Assembly (NCBI RefSeq): GCF_000148385.1
Contig: NC_014537.1
Span: 690,001 to 722,000, forward strand
DNA from: Vulcanisaeta distributa DSM 14429
GTDB taxonomy: Archaea > Thermoproteota > Thermoprotei > Thermoproteales > Thermocladiaceae
DNA length: 32,000 nucleotides
Direction of reading: 5' to 3'
Both the position numbers and the translations under genes were made by a program. Within the stretch, counting starts at the first letter, position 1. Each line of letters starts with the position of its first letter. This document shows positions 24,732 through 32,000 of this stretch, in pieces. Under the pieces are notes generated by a model, which saw only the letters and a program-made list of their open reading frames with translations, was not told the DNA's origin and did no database searches.

Positions 24732-25277
24732 ATGGGCGTTATAGCAATTTCAGGACAGGCAGCCAGTGGGAAGACCACGGTGGCTAGGGAATTAGCCAAT
24801 AGGTTGAATTATAGGTTTGTATCCATTGGTGAGTTATTTAGGAGGATTGCTGCCGAGAGAGGTGTGTCATTGCTTGAGCTTCATAGGATTGCCGAGACGG
24901 ACTTTAGCATTGATAGGGCAGTCGATGAGGAGGCCGTTAGGGAGGCTAGGAGGGGTAATGTGGTTATTGAGGGTCACTTAGCTGCCTGGATACTTAAGGA
25001 TGTGGCTGATGTGCGTATTTACCTTAAGGCAGATATTAGGGCTAGGTCACAGAGGTTGTCGGCTAGGGATGGTAAATCGATTGAGGAGGCATTGAATGAG
25101 ATTAAGGCCCGTGAGGAGTCGAATAGGAAGAGGTACCTAACTATTTATGGAATTGACATTAACGATACTTCTATCTTCGATTTAATAATTGATACTACGT
25201 ATATAGATGCTAGGAAGGTTGTTGATATTGTCTATGAGTATGTATACAATGTACTACATAATAAGGGCAAATTTTAG
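24732..25277 (+). CDS. cmk: Cytidylate kinase, archaeal type
   Basis: 181 aa with P-loop ISGQAASGKTT. The conserved archaeal rpl34e-cmk gene order supports the call. Confidence 0.85.
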   Translation: MGVIAISGQAASGKTTVARELANRLNYRFVSIGELFRRIAAERGVSLLELHRIAETDFSIDRAVDEEAVREARRGNVVIEGHLAAWILKDVADVRIYLKADIRARSQRLSARDGKSIEEALNEIKAREESNRKRYLTIYGIDINDTSIFDLIIDTTYIDARKVVDIVYEYVYNVLHNKGKF

Positions 25278-25299
25278 GTTAGTAACCTAGCCCCGTGAC

Positions 25300-25665
25300 T
25301 TATCCAACCACCTTTCGGTACATCCTAAGCCAGGTATAGATTGACTCACCACCAGCTACGTACTTATCCTTCATGAGCCTGTAGGCCGATACATAACCCT
25401 TATAGACCAGGTAGGCATAGTAACTATTGAGCTTCGCCTTAATCACGTTTGGCTTGTCGGACTTTGCCATGAGGAGCGCCATGTGATAAGCGTAGTACTC
25501 CCTTGTCTTAACATCGCCGTTCCACCACTTGTCGTATAAAGTGTCAAGGAAGCCCAGGTACTCATCAATCTTATCCTTAAACGGATCCCTCACATACTTA
25601 GTCAGCACGTCTTTCAACTCATCCTTCCACGTCCTTACCTCCTTGGGTTGTATAACGCTCATCAA
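25300..25665 (-). CDS. Hypothetical protein, Tyr/Trp/Lys-rich and helical
   Basis: A 121-aa ORF with native-looking codon usage and an upstream TATA-like tttaaata. I recognise no motif. Confidence 0.4.
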   Translation of the reverse strand: MMSVIQPKEVRTWKDELKDVLTKYVRDPFKDKIDEYLGFLDTLYDKWWNGDVKTREYYAYHMALLMAKSDKPNVIKAKLNSYYAYLVYKGYVSAYRLMKDKYVAGGESIYTWLRMYRKVVG

Positions 25666-25737
25666 AGTAATTATTTATTTCTCTTTCTATTTAAATCTTT
25701 CTCTTTTTCATATAAAGAGAAAGTGATCGCAACATCA

Positions 25738-26019
25738 CTAAACACCTAGTGATAGGCTTGCTTTAATCCCTGAATTAGCTAGTAAATATTGAATTGCTTG
25801 ATAGAAGTATTCTGCTATAATCCTTAGTAATGTATATGATAAGTAACCCAACTTATAAATAATGTAACCACCTATATACAGCAACTCACTGACTTGCCTA
25901 TTACCAATACTGAATATATACGCCTTCAACTCAGCCTTGAATGGTGCGACTATTGAGTATATTAGGGCTAGGGCCACTATCACGAGTAATACCTCGAAGA
26001 AAATCCTAACCGCACTCAT
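25738..26019 (-). CDS. Hypothetical small membrane protein
   Basis: 93 aa with two or three hydrophobic helices. No recognisable motif. Confidence 0.35.
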   Translation of the reverse strand: MSAVRIFFEVLLVIVALALIYSIVAPFKAELKAYIFSIGNRQVSELLYIGGYIIYKLGYLSYTLLRIIAEYFYQAIQYLLANSGIKASLSLGV

Positions 26020-26086
26020 ATTAACTGCGCATATGTGCTTGGGGAAATAAATTAATTATGTATTTTGATTGATCATTGAATTCCTC

Positions 26087-26947
26087 CTATAGGTAGAAAG
26101 CTATTGATGCGTAACCCACGGTCTCCAACGTATATCCACTAGTATCACCAGATGTGGCATGTCTAAGTAGCACTACATTCTTAACGCCAAGTCTCTTGGC
26201 AGTGACTATTGCTGTGGCTATGGCGCCATAGCCGCAGGCCGACACATCATAACGCTCAATAACGTCAAAGAAGGAATCCTCATCAAGCCTGAGGACTGGG
26301 TCTATAGCCTTCATGTCCTTCTCCGTGGTTATTTCATGAGGCTCATAGTGATTCCAATCACTTGATGCAACATAAACTATTGAGCCAGGCTCATGGCTTG
26401 AAATAACCTCCGCAATTGCATTACCAAGGTCCCTGGCGACCTCCTTCGTCTGCCTCCAAATTATTATCGGCACTATCTTAACGTTATTACCAAATATGTA
26501 CTGTATAAAGGGTAATTGAACCTCAAGTGAATGCTCCTGGGCGAATGCATAAACATCAGGCTCTAGGTACTTAACCCTACTCATTAACTCCTTAGCTATT
26601 TCAGAATCAATTTCAAGCGTCCCAAGTGGGGTCTCCCAGGCACCCTCAGGATATATCGCCACTGGCGCGCCAATGCCGTAGTGATTAGGCCCAACAAGAA
26701 TGAATGTCCTTGGACTATGAAACCTATAAATTTCTGCAAAGGACATGGCAGCCACAGGGCCTGAGTATATATAACCGGCGTGTGGAACAATAACTATTGG
26801 CACTGCCTTAAACCCCTCACGGGGCTGCTTAACCAGCTTACCAGGACCGAGTGGGTGGCTTATTGACCACTCAATCTGCTTGATTAATTTATCCCTATCA
26901 GCCTCGTAGAACGCGCCCGCGACCGCTGGTTTGCGTACTCGAACCAT
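26087..26947 (-). CDS. Memo-like protein (AmmeMemoRadiSam system protein B family)
   Basis: 286 aa. N-terminal [34 protein letters not shown] and SSDWNHYE blocks typical of the MEMO1/UPF0103 family. Confidence 0.85.
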   Translation of the reverse strand: MVRVRKPAVAGAFYEADRDKLIKQIEWSISHPLGPGKLVKQPREGFKAVPIVIVPHAGYIYSGPVAAMSFAEIYRFHSPRTFILVGPNHYGIGAPVAIYPEGAWETPLGTLEIDSEIAKELMSRVKYLEPDVYAFAQEHSLEVQLPFIQYIFGNNVKIVPIIIWRQTKEVARDLGNAIAEVISSHEPGSIVYVASSDWNHYEPHEITTEKDMKAIDPVLRLDEDSFFDVIERYDVSACGYGAIATAIVTAKRLGVKNVVLLRHATSGDTSGYTLETVGYASIAFYL

Positions 26948-26976
26948 ACAATGATTAATCTAAGCCGGCAAAAATA

Positions 26977-26994
26977 AACGCTTTACTTTGCGTT
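26977..26994 (-). promoter_or_regulatory. Hairpin AACGC-TTTACTTT-GCGTT directly upstream of the TATA box of the Memo-like gene
   Basis: Read directly. On the minus strand it is followed by TTTATTTTT (26968-26977), 21-30 nt upstream of the ATG at 26947. Confidence 0.3.
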
Positions 26995-27015
26995 ATTTAT
27001 TGCAGATCAAGAGTT

Positions 27016-27693
27016 TTACTGAGTGATACCCTCAAGTGATACCTTGACCTCGAACTCCTCGGGTGGCACGGGTAAGTCCTCGTTCTCCTTCAACTCACCC
27101 CTAACCCTGAGCACCTGCCTAGCCAGCAACCAGTATATCAGTGCTAGGCTCCTTCTACCCTTGTTATTGCACGGTATTATCAGGTCCACGTAGGATATAG
27201 GCGTATCCGTATCCACGAGTGCAATTACGGGTATACCCATCGTAGCTGCCTCCTCAATTGCTTGGACATCAGCCTTTGGATCCGTGGATATAAGCAGATC
27301 AGCCTCTATGTAATGGTTAAGGTTTGGGTTTGTGAATGTGCCTGGTATGAACCTGCCCGTTATTGCCCTGCACCTAACGAACTTACAGAACATCTCCACA
27401 GGCTTAAAGCCATAGGGCTTAGCCGAGTAAGCAACCACCTTCTCAGGGTCATACATCGCGATCATCTTAGCCGCAATCCTAATCCTCTCGTCAATCTTCC
27501 TAAGGTTTAGAATCCTAAGCCCATCAGGCCTCACAGAGAACACAAAACCCCTCCTCTGCAGATACGCATTTGACACCCTAGTGCCAAGCCTAACACCAGC
27601 CGCTAGGTAACGCTCAATGGCAATCAGTAGCTCCTCCTGCGGTGGAACTGGCGCAAGACCCTCCTCACGGGTCTCCTTACGTTCCTCACCCAT
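27016..27693 (-). CDS. rps2: Ribosomal protein S2 (uS2)
   Basis: 225 aa. LLAAGVRLGTR-type N-terminus (YLAAGVRLGTRVSN), PDLLISTDP-like block, IPVIALVDTD. Confidence 0.95.
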   Translation of the reverse strand: MGEERKETREEGLAPVPPQEELLIAIERYLAAGVRLGTRVSNAYLQRRGFVFSVRPDGLRILNLRKIDERIRIAAKMIAMYDPEKVVAYSAKPYGFKPVEMFCKFVRCRAITGRFIPGTFTNPNLNHYIEADLLISTDPKADVQAIEEAATMGIPVIALVDTDTPISYVDLIIPCNNKGRRSLALIYWLLARQVLRVRGELKENEDLPVPPEEFEVKVSLEGITQ

Positions 27694-27754
27694 TGGGAAC
27701 TACGGTGAAGAATCTAATTAATAAGTATTTCACTATGAGGAATTTAATAGGGCA

Positions 27755-29032
27755 TCAACGCCTAAGCCTTTGGGGCAGTGATTGATTCATCCTGGCAACC
27801 TTACCCATGTAGTCCTGAATCCTAATTAACTCATTAAGCTTAGCCATCCTCTCACCACCGAGGACCCCACTCTTGATTATTGGCGCCCCAAAGCCAACGG
27901 CTATGTGGGCCAGGGTCTCATACTCGGTGTCTCCGGATCTATGGGATACCACGGGTATGTAGCCATTGGACACAGCCAACCTAACCGCTTCCCAAGCCCT
28001 GGACAAAGTACCTATTTGGTCAGGCTTTATTATTATGGCATTCGCAGCACCCTCCTTAATGCCCCTAGACAACCTGGATGGATTTGTCGTGAATAGATCA
28101 TCACCAACAATTAGGCACCTATCGCCAACGGAATCCGTCAACTCCGCAAAGGATTGGAAGTCCTCCTCATAGAATGGGTCCTCAACATAGACAAGCCCAT
28201 ACTTCTCGATCAACCCCTTAACAAACTCAAGCTGCTCCTTAGGAGTTCTTGAAACCCCCTCGTTAGTATATACGTACTTCTCACCATTCCATAGGGTTGA
28301 CGCGGCCATGTCAACGCCAATCCCTATCTCAAACCCCATCTTAGAACTAACCTCCTTAACGGCCTTACTCAGGATTTCTAATGCTGTGCCAGTGGAGATC
28401 CTGGCTGACCAAGCACCCTCGTCATTACGGCCACCGGTAAATGAAGGGTCAGCCTTAACCAATTCCCTAAAGACGGTTCTATGAACCTCTATGTTAGCCT
28501 TAAGGGCCGAGTAAATGTCCTGCGCACCGTATGGTAATACCAGGAACTCCTGAATATCAGGGCCGAGACCACGGCTATGCTTACCACCACCAATGACATT
28601 GCCGAGTGGGTATGGTAAGTCCCTGATGTTGGTACCGCCAAGGTGTTGATAGAGGGGTATTTCTAGGGCATTTGCCGCTGCCCTAGCCGTTGCCATAGAC
28701 ATGGCTATGGCAACTGCGCCGCCTATCCTTGAGAAGTTCTCCGTACCATCGATCTCCTCAAGCCTAGCGTCAACCTCACCCTGTATTGAGGCATCCAAAC
28801 CCATTAGGTCAGGTGCAACACTCTTCTCGAAGGTGCTTATTGCTAGATCAACATCATTATTAGGGAAGTAAACAACCTCGTGAGAACCCCTTGATGCGCC
28901 GGCTGGTGCTGCAGCCCTTCCATAACCATCGGTCAGGTAGACCTCAACCTCAACGGTCTCCTCACCCCTCGAATTAAAGATCTTCCTGATACCCAAATCC
29001 TCTATGGTCGTGTCCGGCATAAATCTCAACAA
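27755..29032 (-). CDS. eno: Enolase
   Basis: 425 aa. SRGEETVEVEV, AAPAGASRGSHE, IKPDQIGT and SHRSGDTE signature blocks. The conserved archaeal eno-rps2 adjacency supports the call. Confidence 0.95.
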   Translation of the reverse strand: MLRFMPDTTIEDLGIRKIFNSRGEETVEVEVYLTDGYGRAAAPAGASRGSHEVVYFPNNDVDLAISTFEKSVAPDLMGLDASIQGEVDARLEEIDGTENFSRIGGAVAIAMSMATARAAANALEIPLYQHLGGTNIRDLPYPLGNVIGGGKHSRGLGPDIQEFLVLPYGAQDIYSALKANIEVHRTVFRELVKADPSFTGGRNDEGAWSARISTGTALEILSKAVKEVSSKMGFEIGIGVDMAASTLWNGEKYVYTNEGVSRTPKEQLEFVKGLIEKYGLVYVEDPFYEEDFQSFAELTDSVGDRCLIVGDDLFTTNPSRLSRGIKEGAANAIIIKPDQIGTLSRAWEAVRLAVSNGYIPVVSHRSGDTEYETLAHIAVGFGAPIIKSGVLGGERMAKLNELIRIQDYMGKVARMNQSLPQRLRR

Positions 29033-29070
29033 GGTTGAGAAACCCGGTATTAATGCATTATTTAGCTCAA

Positions 29071-29093
29071 GTATACGTTTACTTTACGTATAC
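29071..29093 (-). promoter_or_regulatory. Perfect 8-bp-stem hairpin GTATACGT-TTACTTT-ACGTATAC upstream of eno
   Basis: Read directly. It lies 39-61 nt upstream of the eno ATG (29032) and 11 nt downstream of the HAD gene's stop. Confidence 0.3.
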
Positions 29094-29103
29094 GCCCAAT
29101 CCA

Positions 29104-29724
29104 CTACCTACTTAAGATAGCCCTTGCAATATCAATGAGTGGATATAGCGTGTCGGAATTAATAACGATCCTCGCTGCATTGGCAACCTCATCATTAACA
29201 GGATTATAGGCTATGGAGTACCTCGCCTTCCTGAGCATTGGCAGGTCCATGTCGCTGTCACCAACCGCCATTACGTAATCCCAATCAAGTCCTAACTCAC
29301 TAACTAATTCATTAACTATGTCCTTATTCTCCACGTTAACCCTTACTGAAACCAACGAGCCATTCTCATCATATACTAATTCATTACTTATGAAGTAATT
29401 TACGTAATCCCTAATGGGGATACCCGTGTAGTTTAGGCCGCCGCTCACCGCTATAACTAGCACATTATTATCCCTAAGGAATCTTAGTAATTCCAGGGTG
29501 CCCCTTCTCAGGGTTATGGGGACCTCAACCCAGGTCCTTGGTACGTCCATCCATAAAAGGGCATCAACAAGCGCCCAATCCCTATAATTAATGAGACCTG
29601 CCTTATACGCATCCCTATTCACTGAGGCCCATTCATCGGTACCAAGGACCTTATGTAGGTGTTGCCATGCTGACCTGAAGTACGTGAGGACCCCGTCAAC
29701 GTCGAGAATGGCTGCCTTAATCAT
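29104..29724 (-). CDS. HAD-superfamily hydrolase (phosphoserine-phosphatase-like subfamily IB)
   Basis: 206 aa. Motif I ILDVDGVLT, motif II VSGG, motif III/IV K...GDSDMD. Confidence 0.75.
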   Translation of the reverse strand: MIKAAILDVDGVLTYFRSAWQHLHKVLGTDEWASVNRDAYKAGLINYRDWALVDALLWMDVPRTWVEVPITLRRGTLELLRFLRDNNVLVIAVSGGLNYTGIPIRDYVNYFISNELVYDENGSLVSVRVNVENKDIVNELVSELGLDWDYVMAVGDSDMDLPMLRKARYSIAYNPVNDEVANAARIVINSDTLYPLIDIARAILSR

Positions 29725-30098
29725 TACTCAACACCAATACTAGTACCCTTAATTGGCAACCTAATTATCAATAGCCCATTCCTATACTCGGCGTGTGAAC
29801 CATCCACGGTGACGGGCGCAGGCAACTCCTTAATAAGTAGGTACTTCCTACCGTTACCCTCGGCCTTAACGAATAGTTTATTATTATCGAGGAGCTTCAC
29901 GGTTATTCCATCCCTACCAACACCTGGAACCTCCACCTCAGTAATTACATAATCATCCTCTATCCTAACCATGTGCCTAGGCTCCCTATACCCACCCTGC
30001 TCAGGCTTCTCTAAATTGCCCAGGCTAACCCTAATGACTATGCCCATGTGCCTCAATAAATCTTGCATAAAAGCATTTTTAAAGGCATAACACGTCAT
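29724..30098 (-). CDS. hsp20: Small heat-shock protein, Hsp20/alpha-crystallin family
   Basis: Alpha-crystallin core DDYVITEVEVPGVGRDGITVKL...AEYRNGLLIIRLP. The start is uncertain: ATGs at 30098, 30068 and 30047. Promoter geometry favours 30047 (107 aa). Confidence 0.8.
   Translation of the reverse strand: MTCYAFKNAFMQDLLRHMGIVIRVSLGNLEKPEQGGYREPRHMVRIEDDYVITEVEVPGVGRDGITVKLLDNNKLFVKAEGNGRKYLLIKELPAPVTVDGSHAEYRNGLLIIRLPIKGTSIGVE
30075..30085. promoter_or_regulatory. Shared A/T element (ATTTTTAAAGG) that could act as a TATA box in both directions
   Basis: Centred about 27 nt upstream of the nnr ATG (30107, plus strand) and about 30 nt upstream of the hsp20 ATG at 30047 (minus strand). Only 8 nt separate the two longest ORFs. 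Confidence 0.3.
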
Positions 30099-30106
30099 TA
30101 ACGGGT

Positions 30107-31717
30107 ATGCCCGTCGACTTCAGGGATTGGTCATCAGCTGCAATTACATCGCTTGAGATGAGGGTCATTGATAGGAATGCCGCCTACATGGGCATTGATA
30201 GGCACATACTCATGGAGAACGCAGGTAGGTCCGTGGCCACTACCGTCATTGAGAGGTACCCGAAGGCCAGGAGGATTCTTGTTGTCGCTGGGTTGGGTGA
30301 TAATGGTGGTGATGGTATCGTAGCCGCCAGATACCTGCACTCATGGGGTAGGGAGGTTAAGGTGGTTCTCCTTGGTCGCATTAGTGATGCTAGGGAGGAG
30401 TTGGTCGTGGATAATCTGGGCATCCTTAGAGGATTGAATGTGGAGATAATAGAGGCTCCAACGCCCTACGACTTACTCGCTCATCAGGAGGTCTTTCACC
30501 CATGGGCTGAGGTAATCATAGACGCTATAATAGGCACTGGGATTAGGGGTGTTCTCAGGGAGCCTCAGGCCACGGCCATCGAATTAATCAATAAGTCATC
30601 AGCGTATAAGGTAGCCGTTGACATACCCAGTGGGTTGGATCCAGACACCGGGGAGGTTAGGGACATTGCGGTTAGGGCGCATGTCACAGTAACAATGCAT
30701 AGGCCAAAGGTTGGCCTGGTTAAGGAGGGTGTTTCTCAATACGTTGGTGACTTGGTGATTGCGGATATTGGAATTCCCGAGGAGGTGGAGCATGTTGTTG
30801 GTCCTGGCGACCTATATTACATGAGTTATGCCAGAAAGCCCGACTCGAAGAAGGGTGATAATGGGCGTGTACTATTCATTGGTGGTTCCAGGGAGTTCAC
30901 AGGCGCCATTTACCTAGCGGCTAAGGCGGCGCTTAGGACTGGAGTCGACTTATCCGTGGTTATGGCCCCTAGGGATGTGGCTAGGGACATAAGGGCTCAC
31001 GACCCAAGCATAATAGCCATACCCCTAGACGGTGATTACCTAATGCTTAACCATGTGGATCAAATAATGGAGCAGGTTGGTAAGTCCCACGTAATAGCCA
31101 TTGGGCCTGGGCTCGGGCTTAGGGAGGAGACTATGAAGGCAGTTGTTGAGTTGGTCTCTAGGGCTGTTGATGTTGGTAAGAGGGTGGTCATCGACGCAGA
31201 CGCCATTAAGGCAATTGGCGAGTTGAAGAGGCAGGACTTAATAACGAAGAATGTAATTATAACGCCACACGCCGGTGAATTTAAGTGGTTGACTGGCGTT
31301 GACATTACTAAAGAGGGTAATGTCTGGTCGAGGGCTGTGATGGTGCGTGACGTGGTTAAATCATCGCTGAGGGGCGGCGTTGTATTGCTTAAGGGTAATG
31401 TTGATGTGATAACCGATGGCGAGAGGTACAAGCTTAATTTCACGGGTAATCCCGGAATGACCGTTGGGGGCACGGGGGATGTGCTCACTGGCGTTGTCTC
31501 GGCATTAATGGTTAAGGTTCAGGACCCACTTGAGGCCGCCGCAATTGGCGCCTTCATAACAGGGCTTGCAGGTGACTTAGCGACTAAGGAGCTTGGTTAC
31601 CACATAACGCCTATTGATGTTTTGGAGAATATACCTAAGGTGTTCAAGAGGTTAATGAACGTTGATGAGATTGTTAGTTCGTCAATCCACCCACAGGCCC
31701 TAAAACTCATTGGTTAA
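30107..31717 (+). CDS. nnr: Bifunctional NAD(P)H-hydrate repair enzyme Nnr (N-terminal epimerase YjeF_N plus C-terminal ADP-dependent dehydratase)
   Basis: 536 aa. N-domain VVAGLGDNGGDGIVAARYL. C-domain KKGDNGRVLFIGGS, ITPHAGEF and GGTGDVLTG blocks. Confidence 0.9.
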   Translation: MPVDFRDWSSAAITSLEMRVIDRNAAYMGIDRHILMENAGRSVATTVIERYPKARRILVVAGLGDNGGDGIVAARYLHSWGREVKVVLLGRISDAREELVVDNLGILRGLNVEIIEAPTPYDLLAHQEVFHPWAEVIIDAIIGTGIRGVLREPQATAIELINKSSAYKVAVDIPSGLDPDTGEVRDIAVRAHVTVTMHRPKVGLVKEGVSQYVGDLVIADIGIPEEVEHVVGPGDLYYMSYARKPDSKKGDNGRVLFIGGSREFTGAIYLAAKAALRTGVDLSVVMAPRDVARDIRAHDPSIIAIPLDGDYLMLNHVDQIMEQVGKSHVIAIGPGLGLREETMKAVVELVSRAVDVGKRVVIDADAIKAIGELKRQDLITKNVIITPHAGEFKWLTGVDITKEGNVWSRAVMVRDVVKSSLRGGVVLLKGNVDVITDGERYKLNFTGNPGMTVGGTGDVLTGVVSALMVKVQDPLEAAAIGAFITGLAGDLATKELGYHITPIDVLENIPKVFKRLMNVDEIVSSSIHPQALKLIG

Positions 31718-31760
31718 GCACTACCTGGTTAAGAACGTCATTGACCATTGAGCTCAATTA

Positions 31761-31812
31761 TCAGTAGCCTGGAAGGTCATCAATTACCGTCAGAGTCCAC
31801 CATGGTCATCAC
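31761..31812 (-). ncRNA. C/D box sRNA (2'-O-methylation guide), canonical dual-guide architecture
   Basis: The minus strand reads GUGAUGA (C, 31812-31806), 12 nt CCAUGGUGGACU, CUGA (D', 31793-31790), 6 nt, UUGAUGA (C', 31783-31777), 12 nt CCUUCCAGGCUA, CUGA (D, 31764-31761). Both box spacings are exactly 12 nt. It lies intergenic, about 30 nt downstream of a minus-strand stop codon. Confidence 0.8.
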
Positions 31813-31843
31813 TTGTATCCCACAACCGTTGAGATTATTAAAT

Positions 31844-32000
31844 CTATGCCAGCGGCACATTTATAGCTTTCTTACCTCTCAATGGACGTCCACGCCTACC
31901 CCTCTCGCGGGTCTTCCTAATGTCTAGGGCTATGTCCAGTGGGTTGTAGGTTATCGTAACATTAACAACATCCCCATCGGCGCAAGCCACAATGTGAATC
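31844..32000 (-). CDS. C-terminal 51 codons of an unidentified protein with a basic tail (gene runs off the window end)
   Basis: The reverse complement is open from the window edge to TAG (31844-31846): IHIVACADGDVVNVTITYNPLDIALDIRKTRERGRRGRPLRGKKAINVPLA*. The fragment is too short to assign. Confidence 0.35.
   Translation of the reverse strand, partial: IHIVACADGDVVNVTITYNPLDIALDIRKTRERGRRGRPLRGKKAINVPLA

Noticed and set aside
1-32000. Integrated element, provirus or genomic island
   Set aside because: There is no integrase, transposase, tRNA attachment site or flanking direct repeats. By eye, base composition and codon style are uniform apart from the RNA gene.

Overview
Gene-dense (about 90% coding) archaeal chromosomal segment. 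It most resembles a hyperthermophilic crenarchaeon of the Thermoproteales (Vulcanisaeta/Caldivirga-like). That placement is an inference from archaeal-specific translation genes, TATA boxes about 25 nt upstream of start codons (leaderless style), and a very short RNase P RNA. Most of the window is core housekeeping: aEF-1alpha (partial), LeuRS, pyruvate kinase, aIF2-gamma plus a PIN protein, Amt plus glutamine synthetase, thioredoxin, Trm10, L34e-cmk, Memo-like protein, the S2-enolase pair, HAD hydrolase, Hsp20 and Nnr. Positions 560-7787 hold a molybdenum-hydroxylase supercluster: L/M/S subunits, XdhC, MoaB, CoxG, an MFS transporter and a VKOR-like membrane protein. Its large subunit has the YRGAGR loop, not the loop of genuine CO dehydrogenases. 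Three RNA features are absent from the ORF track: a roughly 231-nt GC-rich RNase P RNA (minus strand, 16192-16422) with a P4 helix and bulged U; a textbook C/D box sRNA (minus strand, 31761-31812); and a weaker k-turn-like GC hairpin (7846-7896). The least explained protein content is fourfold: an orphan Cas4-like Fe-S PD-(D/E)xK nuclease that converges on and overlaps an unknown membrane protein (11592-13347); an overlapping two-gene membrane/wHTH module (14825-15744); a 19-codon Lys/Glu micro-ORF on a 51-nt homopurine tract with its own TATA box (16011-16070); and an acidic, His-rich protein divergent from glnA. I found no CRISPR array, integrase, transposase, tRNA or rRNA. I cannot show that any of these is a new system. 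The nuclease/membrane pair and the two-gene module are the best candidates.
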